From Acidimicrobiia bacterium (GTDB taxonomy: Bacteria; Actinomycetota; Acidimicrobiia; Spongiisociales; UBA5794), in contig JBPCTY010000060.1 in assembly GCA_051011415.1 (NCBI GenBank), positions 10,781 through 74,780 of the forward strand: a stretch of 64,000 nucleotides of DNA, given 5' to 3'. The notes under the pieces were generated by a model. The model was not told where the DNA came from. It saw only the letters and a list, made by a program, of their open reading frames with translations, and searched no databases. A program made the position numbers and the translations under genes. Below are positions 9,137 through 17,099 of the stretch, in pieces. How positions within the stretch are numbered: position 1 is the stretch's first letter; each line of letters begins with the position of its first letter.

Positions 9137-10437
9137 TGGTGCACTTCCCGCTCGATAATGACTGCTTGTTCGCCGTGCGCTGGGACGGCCCAAGCCGCCG
9201 TTCGCACTCCGGCAATGGCTGCGATTCTGCCACCAACTGTGAGCACGAGCGAAACGGGCCGTTGAGAGCGATGTACGCCGGAGACTCGGAGGAGCTCTTT
9301 CACTGGAGTATGCCCGGCTCCAATATCGATACGATCCCCCGGTTCAGGGCCTCGTGCGACGAGCTCGTCCGCGATGTCCAAACGCAGAAGGGTCTTCCGA
9401 CCACCGCCCAAGACCGGGCCAGGGATCGCAGTCCGCACGCCGTACGACTGGCCGCACCACTGGAACGACCCAGGCGTCTGAACCCTGACGGGAGTTTCTG
9501 CTGAGGCCGTCGGTCCGATGACCACGAGCGGTCCGGTATTGGTGGCGGTGATGGCCGCGGAAAGCTGAGCCGTCTTGCCGTCATCGGCACAGGCAATCAC
9601 CGCTCGCACGTCGCTGGACGTCCAGCGAAAACCATCGAGCATGCCAAACGATCTCAGTACTGCCCGCGACGCAATCGGTTCCGGGGCGGTGGAGATCGCT
9701 GCTGCCGACAACCACACACGGTCGCCTTCCAGCCGAACCGGGATCATCGCTGCAACCTCGTCCAGCACTGCACTGTCTACAGCAATCAGCGTTGCGCTCC
9801 GGGCAACACCGCTCGTGGCATCAGGAATTGCATCGCCGAGGGCAGGGAGCACGTCAAGGCGCACTCGGACTCTCTCGAAGCGCGATTCCAAGTTGGCCGG
9901 ATCATCGACGTACATCAGACCAAGGCTGTCAGCCAGTTGGCGAAGATCCGCCCGCCCGAAGGAAAGGAGCGGTCGGTGCCAGCCGTCACGGCGTGCTGGG
10001 ATGCCCGAGATGCCGAGCGCTCCCGATCCGTGGGCCATTCGCATGAGCACGGTTTCCGCTTGATCATCCTTGGTATGCCCGAGCAGGCCAGCATCGTCAT
10101 CGCCGAGCACGTCGGTGAGCGCTGCGTACCGAGCATCGCGAGCCCGCTCCTCAAGGTTCGGGCCGTCGGCTACCGGCGCATCGAGCACGGTGAGAGGTAC
10201 ACCAAGGGACAGACACAGTTCGGTTGCGCTCTTCTCAAGCATCGTTGAACCAGCCAGCCCGTGAGCCACAAAGACTGCACGTGACCATGCTCCGTCATCA
10301 ATGGCGACACTCGCCGCAAGAAGCACTGCAGAGTCTGCCCCTCCGCCAAGCGCCACGACGCGTGCACTGCCGCCTGCCATGCCGGAGACGGCGGTCGATA
10401 CGTGCGGGAGGGTCAGCCCGCCATCCGGTCGAGCCAT
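9133..10437 (-). CDS. tilS: tRNA(Ile)-lysidine synthetase. Start uncertain; probably the Met ~29 aa before the PP-loop.
   Basis: PP-loop VALGGGADSAVLL (the SGGxDS family), followed by a TilS-like substrate domain. Confidence 0.8.
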   Translation of the reverse strand: MARPDGGLTLPHVSTAVSGMAGGSARVVALGGGADSAVLLAASVAIDDGAWSRAVFVAHGLAGSTMLEKSATELCLSLGVPLTVLDAPVADGPNLEERARDARYAALTDVLGDDDAGLLGHTKDDQAETVLMRMAHGSGALGISGIPARRDGWHRPLLSFGRADLRQLADSLGLMYVDDPANLESRFERVRVRLDVLPALGDAIPDATSGVARSATLIAVDSAVLDEVAAMIPVRLEGDRVWLSAAAISTAPEPIASRAVLRSFGMLDGFRWTSSDVRAVIACADDGKTAQLSAAITATNTGPLVVIGPTASAETPVRVQTPGSFQWCGQSYGVRTAIPGPVLGGGRKTLLRLDIADELVARGPEPGDRIDIGAGHTPVKELLRVSGVHRSQRPVSLVLTVGGRIAAIAGVRTAAWAVPAHGEQAVIIEREVHQ

Positions 10438-11453
10438 GCGGCGGGATCCTGGATCTCTTCGAGGGTCGGCAACGCTTCCGGGGACTCCCACGCCATGTCG
10501 AGGGATTCCCACGATGCCTTGTGCTCGACTCCACGAATGAAGGCAGCGCCGAGCTCGTACTGTTTCATCTTCATTTCCATGCCGATGAACCGCATCATGG
10601 CTGCGTTCTTCGGATCCTTGCGCCTGGCGGTGAGTACGTGTGACATGCGCCGCACATCGACGATCTCCCTATCGCCGATCCGATCCATAACGACATGGCC
10701 ATGCCCTTCAAGAAGTGACATCAGGGCCTGCACCCGGTCAAGGACGCCGCGCTGATCGTGGCTTGCCAAGAGTCCAAGGATTCCTGCATCACCAATCGGG
10801 TCTTCGTCGTTCTCCATTGCCGTCCGAACATCGGTTGCGATTCGGTTGAGTCGTCCTTGCTCCTTTGCGCCATCGCCGACAAGATCGTCGACCAGACTCA
10901 GGAAGTACTCACGCATCCAAGGCACTCCCTTGAACTGTGCCCTGTGCGCACACTCATGGAGGGCTACCCAGAATCGGAAATGGGATGGGCGAAACTCATG
11001 CTGACGTTCCATCGACAACACATTCGCACCAACGAAGAAGACCGAGTCTCCCACCTCATCTTCTCCCGATGGAAGCACGAGTTCGTATTGTCCGAGGACC
11101 CGCTTGGACAGGAATCCGAGCACAGCACCAAGTTCCGCTCCCATGACCCTTCCGGCGATACCAGGCGAACCTGCCTCGGATGCCTCTTCGTCGATTGCGT
11201 CCCTAAGCGGAGCAAGCAGCTCGGTAAACGCCCTGATGTTGGTGTCGACCCAGTCAGCTCTGCTGACGACTTGGACATCGGGTTCCCCTGGGAGTTCAAG
11301 ACCCGTCTCATCGGCAACCAGATCCGAAGCTCTCGCAACGTAACCGGGTGCGTCAAGAACGAACCGTCGCTCGTGGTAGGTGCCAGCAAGCGGATAGTCG
11401 CCGGCGAATCGGCTCGCAACGGTTGTGGCCGTGTCCCAATGGATCTTGCTCAT
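10413..11453 (-). CDS. Zinc-dependent metalloprotease (HExxH hydrolase, DUF2342/F420-associated-hydrolase-like)
   Basis: HECAH zinc-binding motif (VALHECAHRAQF). Conserved actinobacterial architecture, 346 aa. Confidence 0.7.
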   Translation of the reverse strand: MSKIHWDTATTVASRFAGDYPLAGTYHERRFVLDAPGYVARASDLVADETGLELPGEPDVQVVSRADWVDTNIRAFTELLAPLRDAIDEEASEAGSPGIAGRVMGAELGAVLGFLSKRVLGQYELVLPSGEDEVGDSVFFVGANVLSMERQHEFRPSHFRFWVALHECAHRAQFKGVPWMREYFLSLVDDLVGDGAKEQGRLNRIATDVRTAMENDEDPIGDAGILGLLASHDQRGVLDRVQALMSLLEGHGHVVMDRIGDREIVDVRRMSHVLTARRKDPKNAAMMRFIGMEMKMKQYELGAAFIRGVEHKASWESLDMAWESPEALPTLEEIQDPAAWLDRMAG

Positions 11454-11496
11454 GAAGCGAGCCTACGGGTCTGCCGGGATGGAGAGGACAGGCGCG

Positions 11497-11814
11497 CTAG
11501 TCCGCAACAACCTTGTACCGGTGCCGGATCGACCGGTTGTAGCCGATGATCAGACCGATGATCAGGATGATCGTGCCGATCACGATGGCTGGGTAGATGA
11601 ATCGTGCGGTCCACGGTTGCTCTTCCTCTTCGACCTCGACGGGAGGAATCACGATTGCCGGAGCTTCGCCGTCCGCGAAGGGGTCCGCAATCGTCGTCGT
11701 GGTGACCTGTTCCTCTTCGCCGCCGGTGTCCTCGGTGGCGAGCGCTGGTGCCATCATCGCGAATGTGGCAAGGACGATGGCGGCGAGTAGGCCGAGACGG
11801 TAGAACCGGTTCAT
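11497..11814 (-). CDS. Small secreted/C-terminally anchored protein. Signal peptide, then an acidic segment, then a C-terminal TM.
   Basis: An internal Met gives MNRFYRLGLLAAIVLATFAMMAPALA (signal-like), then an EEEQ-rich stretch, then IYPAIVIGTIILIIGLIIGY (TM). The upstream part of the listed 188-aa ORF is Arg/Pro/Gly-rich. Confidence 0.4.
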   Translation of the reverse strand: MNRFYRLGLLAAIVLATFAMMAPALATEDTGGEEEQVTTTTIADPFADGEAPAIVIPPVEVEEEEQPWTARFIYPAIVIGTIILIIGLIIGYNRSIRHRYKVVAD

Positions 11815-11942
11815 GAACCGTGAGAATAGACGGACGCCGGGACCTTCATGTTTCTCCGGGCCGCCAGGAAGGCCAACGCAGAGAGGCACCGGGTGTCCGG
11901 TGCCTCTGTGCTGTGCGAGATCTGGTTGCTTGGGAGTGGTTT

Positions 11943-12140
11943 CTAGGCCTCTGCCTTGACGATGCGGCCACGGAGACGTGGGTACTTCGTTGGGGCGTGT
12001 GCGTAGCACCATTCGCGCCTGTTGTACTGCGAGAGGGTTGTCGTACAGCCCTTCTGCTCGCATTCGCGCTTCTTCGCGTACGTCTTCGGTGCACGGGTGG
12101 CGCCGGTGAATTTCCGGCCTTTGAGAGCTGTGTCCTGCAT
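11943..12140 (-). CDS. Small basic C2-C-H zinc-ribbon-like protein, last gene of the sigH-rsrA operon
   Basis: 65 aa. Cys/His spacing CX4C...X13...CX2H (KRECEQKGC...WCYAH). Lys/Arg-rich. Lies 38 nt downstream of rsrA on the same strand. Confidence 0.4.
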   Translation of the reverse strand: MQDTALKGRKFTGATRAPKTYAKKRECEQKGCTTTLSQYNRREWCYAHAPTKYPRLRGRIVKAEA

Positions 12141-12178
12141 GGCGACCTCCGGTTATTGGGTGTCAGGGACCCCGGTCG

Positions 12179-12427
12179 TCAGCAGTCAGGGCCCCCGTTT
12201 TTACGTTCTTGTTGTATTAACGCTCGGAGTTGGTCGAAAAGTTCCTCAGGAGGAGCAGATTTTCCAGATTCGGCGATTTTTGTCTTCAGCGAACGCTCGA
12301 ACTCGTATGCATCGACACATCCGCCGCATCTCTTGAGATGCAGCGAAATACGTGCTCGGCGCGTCACAGTGAGCTCCTGATCGATGTACTGATATACGTA
12401 CTCGACTGCGTTTTCGCATCCGCTCAT
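12179..12427 (-). CDS. rsrA: Anti-sigma factor RsrA/RshA (zinc-associated anti-sigma, ZAS)
   Basis: H-x3-C-x2-C motif ([12 protein letters not shown]) plus an N-terminal Cys ([10 protein letters not shown]). A start at MSGCE gives an ATGA overlap with the sigH stop. Confidence 0.8.
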   Translation of the reverse strand: MSGCENAVEYVYQYIDQELTVTRRARISLHLKRCGGCVDAYEFERSLKTKIAESGKSAPPEELFDQLRALIQQERKNGGPDC

Positions 12428-13020
12428 GGCGTTGGCTCCACTAGTCCGTGTTCGACTGCCAGGTTCCACAACTTCCTTTGGAGCGCTTTTCTTCCCCGAT
12501 GTAGCCGAGACATGACGGTTCCAATGGGAACATCAAGGATTTCGGCGATCTCTTTGTACGAGAATCCTTCGACATCCGCGTAGATCACCGGCAACCTGAA
12601 GTTCTCCGGCAGGCTTTCGATCGCCTCAACAATGTCCTCATCCACGAACATGTCGAGTGCTGTGCGTTCGGCACTCTCGCTTGCGCCAGATTGCTCGCCG
12701 AGCCTCCTGAACAAGTACATGTCCTGGAGCTCACCGAGCTCGACCTCACTCGGTCTTCGCTGCTTTTTGCGGTACTTGTTGATATAGGTGTTGGTGAGGA
12801 TGCGATACAGCCAAGCCTTGAGGTTCGTCCCGGCTTCGAACGAGTCGTAGGCCCGATAGGCCTTGAGGTAGGTCTCCTGAACGACATCCTCGGCGTCTGC
12901 AGGGTTGCGAGTCATGCGCAACGCAGCCGAGTACAGCTGCGGTGCGAATTCCATCGCATCTGCCTCAAAGGTTGCCTGGTCCGCCATGTCGCTGAGGGTA
13001 ACGACAGCACGGTGGTTCAC
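12424..13020 (-). CDS. sigH: ECF sigma factor SigH/SigR (thiol-oxidative stress)
   Basis: Near-identical to mycobacterial SigH blocks: [74 protein letters not shown]. Confidence 0.9.
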   Translation of the reverse strand: MNHRAVVTLSDMADQATFEADAMEFAPQLYSAALRMTRNPADAEDVVQETYLKAYRAYDSFEAGTNLKAWLYRILTNTYINKYRKKQRRPSEVELGELQDMYLFRRLGEQSGASESAERTALDMFVDEDIVEAIESLPENFRLPVIYADVEGFSYKEIAEILDVPIGTVMSRLHRGRKALQRKLWNLAVEHGLVEPTP

Positions 13021-13099
13021 CGTTCGGTGTTTTTGGGACCGGAGTTCGGCGCACCTTCGCTGTTGGGTGCGGACAGCTCGATGTGTTCGACCGTTGGGG

Positions 13100-14029
13100 T
13101 CAGCCCTCGTAATTGCTCACGAAGTTGAACGTACGAATCGTTCCGAAGGCATCCTTTGCCTTGACCTTGAACGTCTGACCCTTTGGCGCCGACGGGAACT
13201 CAACCCGCACCCACCAATTGCCTTCGCCGTCCGCAGTCGTTGAGCCACTCCCGAAGTCGGACGTGATCTTCACGGTGGTTCCCGGCTTTGCGTAGCCGGA
13301 GAACTCGTCATACGGAACCGGTTCTTCGCACGAGCCATACTTCTGATGTGCGGTGAAATCCCAGGCGGCGGCCTTAGTCGTTGTCGTTTCTTTCGGCTCC
13401 GGCTTGTCGTAGTAGACGGTCATACGAACCTCAGCAACGTTGCCTGCAGCGTCCGTCGAGGCAAACACCACGCCGTTCGCCCCGCCCGCAAGAACGAGGT
13501 CGACAGACCATGCTCCGTCTGCGTTGACCTGCGCAGGGAACTTCCCGCTTGCCATGACACTTGCGCCGGCCTCGGTCTCACCCGTAAACGTGACGGTGCT
13601 GGCTTCGAGGTGTTCGCCATTCTGCGGCGAAAGCACAACCAAATGCGGTGGGGTCACGTCAATGGGAGGGGCCTCTTCTGACGGCTCGTCCCCAACGACC
13701 GCTGCTGGCGTCTCTGTCGGGGGCTCAGTCGGTGTGGTTTCAACGACGGTCGTCGTGACCTGATCGTCGGCCGGTGTTGTCGTCGTGACTGCGGTCGTTG
13801 GCGGCTGAGTGGTGTCGGCAGGAACGTCATCCTCTGGCGAAGGGGCAAGCACCAGCACCGCAACGACGGCAATACCTGCAGTCGCACCGGCGACCGCATA
13901 GCGAAGCATCCTCCAAGTTGCGGCCGCGCCAGCGGCTGCACCAACCGTTCCAACAGGGACGGGAAGGTCCGAAACCGACTCATGGACAGCTTCGGCGGCA
14001 GAACGTGCGAGTGTGTCGAGCGAGTTCAT
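13100..14029 (-). CDS. Membrane protein in the anti-sigma position: short cytoplasmic N-terminus, one TM, a Thr/Pro-rich linker, then an extracytoplasmic Ig-like domain plus a Cys-containing C-terminal domain
   Basis: Start [11 protein letters not shown] overlaps the ECF sigma stop (ATGA). TM is [25 protein letters not shown]. The extracellular part is paralogous to CDS 14761..15663 ([15 protein letters not shown]..., TVYYDKP). Confidence 0.6.
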   Translation of the reverse strand: MNSLDTLARSAAEAVHESVSDLPVPVGTVGAAAGAAATWRMLRYAVAGATAGIAVVAVLVLAPSPEDDVPADTTQPPTTAVTTTTPADDQVTTTVVETTPTEPPTETPAAVVGDEPSEEAPPIDVTPPHLVVLSPQNGEHLEASTVTFTGETEAGASVMASGKFPAQVNADGAWSVDLVLAGGANGVVFASTDAAGNVAEVRMTVYYDKPEPKETTTTKAAAWDFTAHQKYGSCEEPVPYDEFSGYAKPGTTVKITSDFGSGSTTADGEGNWWVRVEFPSAPKGQTFKVKAKDAFGTIRTFNFVSNYEG

Positions 14030-14595
14030 CGGTCTTCTCCCAGTACGGCGCCCAAGCGTTCCGCCAGGGTCTGGCGTCCCTTGTGGAGGTGGACTTTCAC
14101 GGTGTTTGGTGAGCATTCGAGGATGTCGGCGATATCGGAGATCGAACGATCCTCCAGGTAGTGGAGGGCAACGGCCTGCGACTGACGCGTTGGCAGCCTC
14201 CGTACTGCATCCCAGAAGACCTCTGCCTCTGCGGGAAGTGATGGCAAGACAGTTGCCTCTCTTCGCATCCCCCCGAGCTTGGCTAGGGCCTTTGTCTCCG
14301 ACACTCGCCGTCGGAAACGCGACACCGACAGGTTCGACACGATCCGGCGAACCCATGCCTCAGGTTTGTCGTAGGCGCTGATTCGATCCCAATTGCGGTG
14401 CGCGGTCAGAAAGGCTTCCTGCGCGAGGTCTTCTGCAGCTGCGCTGCTTCCTGAGAGTGCGTATGCCAGGCCGACCACGGATCGGTACTCCCGTTCGTAG
14501 AAACGTTCGAAAGGTTCCCGAGCGCGAACCGCCGCAGCCGAAGACGCCGAGCCTTCGTCTGTGGCCGTCGATCGGTTGCTAGGTCGAACGGTCAT
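14026..14595 (-). CDS. ECF (extracytoplasmic function) sigma-70 family factor
   Basis: Region 2 (FERFYEREYRSVVGLAYALSG...AEDLAQEAFLTAHRNWDRI) and region 4 HTH (LPTRQSQAVALHYLEDRSISDIADILECSPNTVKVHLHKGRQ). Confidence 0.85.
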   Translation of the reverse strand: MTVRPSNRSTATDEGSASSAAAVRAREPFERFYEREYRSVVGLAYALSGSSAAAEDLAQEAFLTAHRNWDRISAYDKPEAWVRRIVSNLSVSRFRRRVSETKALAKLGGMRREATVLPSLPAEAEVFWDAVRRLPTRQSQAVALHYLEDRSISDIADILECSPNTVKVHLHKGRQTLAERLGAVLGEDR

Positions 14596-14760
14596 CTGTC
14601 ACCTGTTACACGCACGGTGCATCAGTCGGGTTTATCCAGATATCGGCACGGGCTCGAAAGAAAAGAAGGATTTCGATAAACCACCTGGTCGCCTCAAGCG
14701 TGTAACGGTTGGGCAGGGAGTCATGAGGGCATCGCATCAACATGCGAGAGGACAAGAACT
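14596..14760. promoter_or_regulatory. Divergent intergenic region with the 9-nt inverted repeat GTTACACGC ... GCGTGTAAC (~85 nt apart)
   Basis: GTTACACGC lies near 14604 and its exact reverse complement GCGTGTAAC near 14697. It is flanked by the ECF sigma gene (minus) and its paralog-encoding gene (plus). An ECF-like GTAAC -35 candidate is present. Confidence 0.3.
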
Positions 14761-15663
14761 ATGAGGGGCAAGCCCTATCTCGTCGCAGTAGCGGCCTTTG
14801 TGATCGTGCTGTTCGGCGGCGCTGCTATTGCTGGCGTCGGTTCGTTCCGCGATCAGTCGAACGATTCAGCCGGGGTAAGCCCTTATGCGGCACCAAGCAC
14901 CGATCTGGATGTTGCAGAGTGGACGCCGACGACCAAGGCCGAAGCACCAGTGGAAACGACCACAACCACTCCCCAGAAGGAGAAGGAAGCGGTCGAGACA
15001 AAGACGGAGTCCGGCAAGGACCACGGCACCAAGTCCGATGAGAATTCTGATGAGGACACGTCGGATGAGAAGGAAAAGGACCACAAAGAAGAAGCCAAGG
15101 AGACCAAGGCCGGCGACCTGTTCTCCTTGACGTTCCCCAAGGACGGCTCACACGTCACCAAGAAGGTTGTCGCTTTTGGCGGCGAGGCTGCAGAAGGCGT
15201 CATCGTCCACCGTGGCAAGTATTCGGCACAGCCCAAGAATGGCGAGTGGGTGATGGAGCTGGTGCTCTCCCCAGGCAAGAACACGGTCGGGTTCAAGGCG
15301 ATCAACGAAGCTGGCGGGATTGATGAAGCTGTCGTCACCGTCTACTACGACGCCCCAGCGGGCGACGAAGAGAAGAAGGAAAAGCCGAAGTCCGAGTTCT
15401 ATGCAAAGCAGAAGTATGGAAGTTGCGGTGAAGAAGTCCCGTACGACGTGTTCTGGGGCAAAGCGATGCCAGGAGCCACGATCACCGCATCCTCGCCATA
15501 CGGTGGCAACTCCGTCACGGCCAATGCAGAGGGCCACTGGGAAATGAAGGTCACCTTCGCCTCGGCGCCCGTGGGCAAGACCTTTGAGGTCGGCATCAAG
15601 GCATCGACCGGTGAGAAGAAAGGCTTCAAGTTCACCAACACCGGAGGCGGTGGAGACCACTAG
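14761..15663 (+). CDS. Secreted/membrane-anchored protein paralogous to the extracytoplasmic domains of CDS 13100..14029, with a Lys/Glu/Thr-rich low-complexity linker
   Basis: N-terminal TM/signal MRGKPYLVAVAAFVIVLFGGAAIAG. An Ig-like block ...TVYYDAP and a C-terminal domain FYAKQKYGSCGEEVPYDVFWGKAMPGATI...APVGKTFEV both align with the 13100..14029 product. Confidence 0.65.
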   Translation: MRGKPYLVAVAAFVIVLFGGAAIAGVGSFRDQSNDSAGVSPYAAPSTDLDVAEWTPTTKAEAPVETTTTTPQKEKEAVETKTESGKDHGTKSDENSDEDTSDEKEKDHKEEAKETKAGDLFSLTFPKDGSHVTKKVVAFGGEAAEGVIVHRGKYSAQPKNGEWVMELVLSPGKNTVGFKAINEAGGIDEAVVTVYYDAPAGDEEKKEKPKSEFYAKQKYGSCGEEVPYDVFWGKAMPGATITASSPYGGNSVTANAEGHWEMKVTFASAPVGKTFEVGIKASTGEKKGFKFTNTGGGGDH

Positions 15664-15800
15664 CACAAGGCCGAAGGGTCGGAAGCTGGCAACAGTTACC
15701 GATCGGCAACAACAAGATCCGGTGGAGAGGGTGTCGCGCAGGCGGCACCTTCTCTGCGTCTGCATCGATCCGTGTCACACCCACCAGGTACGTTGTCCTC

Positions 15801-16025
15801 ATGACTGCACACGAAGTTTTCACCGCACTTCTCTGGCTCGTCCTGTTGGGGTACCTGATCTTTCTCGGCTGGTTTGTGATGTCGTCCGTTGGAGGCTGGC
15901 GAACACGACAGCCCAGACAACGATCACCACTTCACCCCGCCGTCAGGGCACAGCAAATCGACGACGACCTGTTTGAGTGGGGTGCGACGAACCAAGACGC
16001 AGAGGACACCAACCGCGCTGCGTGA
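15801..16025 (+). CDS. Possible small single-TM protein (weak)
   Basis: 74 aa with a hydrophobic helix ALLWLVLLGYLIFLGWFVM. Third-position GC is lower than in neighbouring genes. Ends 2 nt before the tRNA. Confidence 0.2.
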   Translation: MTAHEVFTALLWLVLLGYLIFLGWFVMSSVGGWRTRQPRQRSPLHPAVRAQQIDDDLFEWGATNQDAEDTNRAA

Positions 16026-16027
16026 TC

Positions 16028-16102
16028 TGGAGCCGGAGGCGGGATTTGAACCCGCGGCCTACGCATTACGAGTGCGTTGCTCTACCCCTGAGCTACCCCG
16101 GC
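16028..16102 (-). tRNA. tRNA-Thr (anticodon CGU), CCA encoded
   Basis: Reverse complement GCCGGGGTAGCTCAGGGGTAGAGCAACGCACTCGTAATGCGTAGGCCGCGGGTTCAAATCCCGCCTCCGGCTCCA folds as a cloverleaf. It has a 7-bp acceptor stem, D-arm GCTC/GAGC, anticodon loop CTCGTAA, T-arm GCGGG-TTCAAAT-CCCGC, and a 3' CCA. Confidence 0.85.
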
Positions 16103-16211
16103 ATGGGCTCTCAGAATCTTCTGAGGGGCGATGCGAGGATACAACGGCCACCCTCCAACAACCCACAGATGATCGGGCGCTTCGCTCCTCCGTTGGCTGC
16201 TGAGGCTCGCG

Positions 16212-17099
16212 CTATCCGAACTCCTGCGACAAGGCAGCATCGACCGTCGGCGCCGAGAACTCGAAGCCAGCATCAGCCAGGCAGACTTGTGCGGCACGCA
16301 CCGAGCCGTACCCGAGCGCGCCAGCGAGCTCGCGGCCAAGCCGTATGTCGAGTGCAAACTTGGGAACAGGGATAACTGCCGGCCGCCCGAGCACGGTGCC
16401 GAACGCCTCGGTGAACTCGGCATTGCGAACAGGATTCGGTGCGACCAGGTTGACCGGACCCGAAATCTCGGTGTCGATCAAGAACATCAGCGCCCGGATC
16501 TCGTCCTCGATTCCGATCCAACTCCACCATTGCGACCCATCGCCGAGTTTGCCTCCAACCCCCATCTTGAACAGCGGCGTCATCGGCTTGAGTGCGCCAC
16601 CGTCTCGGGACAGCACAATCCCTGTCCGAGGGTGCACGACGCGAACGCCAGCCTCGGCAGCCGATCCGGCAGCTTCCTCCCACGCGACACAGACTTCGGC
16701 TTGAAAGTCGTCACCGGCCGGTGACGACTCGTCCACCAGCCGATCGCCGGTATCCCCGTAGAAGCCGATCGCCGATGCAGACACAAATGCCTTTGGAGGG
16801 TTCTCCATCGATGCCATCGTCTCAGCAAGAAGCGAGGTTGCATCAACACGAGACTTCAGAATCAGCTTCTTGCGATCATCACTCCAGCGCTTGTCCCCAA
16901 TGCCTACGCCGTTCAGGTTTACGACAGCGTCAGCTCCTGCCAGCAGTTCCGGTTCAAGACGTCGAGAACCAGGATCCCACGTCGAGGAACCCGTCCCTCT
17001 CGTCAGAACGGTGACGTGATCGTCTCGGCCCCGGAGAGCCTCGACCAACTTCGATCCGATCAGCCCAGAGGCCCCGGTGAGAACGATCGACTTACTCAT
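16212..17099 (-). CDS. Epimerase-family protein (TIGR01777/YfcH-like NAD-binding, DUF1731 C-terminus)
   Basis: N-terminus ILTGASGLIGSKLVEAL (Rossmann GxxGxxG), 295 aa, typical YfcH architecture. Confidence 0.8.
   Translation of the reverse strand: MSKSIVLTGASGLIGSKLVEALRGRDDHVTVLTRGTGSSTWDPGSRRLEPELLAGADAVVNLNGVGIGDKRWSDDRKKLILKSRVDATSLLAETMASMENPPKAFVSASAIGFYGDTGDRLVDESSPAGDDFQAEVCVAWEEAAGSAAEAGVRVVHPRTGIVLSRDGGALKPMTPLFKMGVGGKLGDGSQWWSWIGIEDEIRALMFLIDTEISGPVNLVAPNPVRNAEFTEAFGTVLGRPAVIPVPKFALDIRLGRELAGALGYGSVRAAQVCLADAGFEFSAPTVDAALSQEFG

Noticed and set aside
13021-13100. Search for an autoregulatory SigH promoter (GGAA-N17-GTT) upstream of sigH
   Set aside because: There is no GGAAT/GGAAC with a correctly spaced GTT in the 80-nt gap. 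The only GGAAC (in 13100-13200) has a 9-nt spacer to the nearest GTT. No promoter call was made.
14640-14680. Possible att-like repeat of the tRNA-Thr 3' end (GGATTTCGATAAACC versus GGGATTTGAACC)
   Set aside because: Similarity is limited to ~11 of 15 nt with an indel. No integrase or other mobile-element gene is nearby. It is insufficient to call a mobile element.
16103-16125. Perfect short inverted repeat CTCAGAATCTTCTGAG just upstream of tRNA-Thr
   Set aside because: It has a 6-7-bp stem with a 2-4-nt loop and no U-tract. It lies on the promoter side of the tRNA. It is too weak to call as a terminator or regulatory element.
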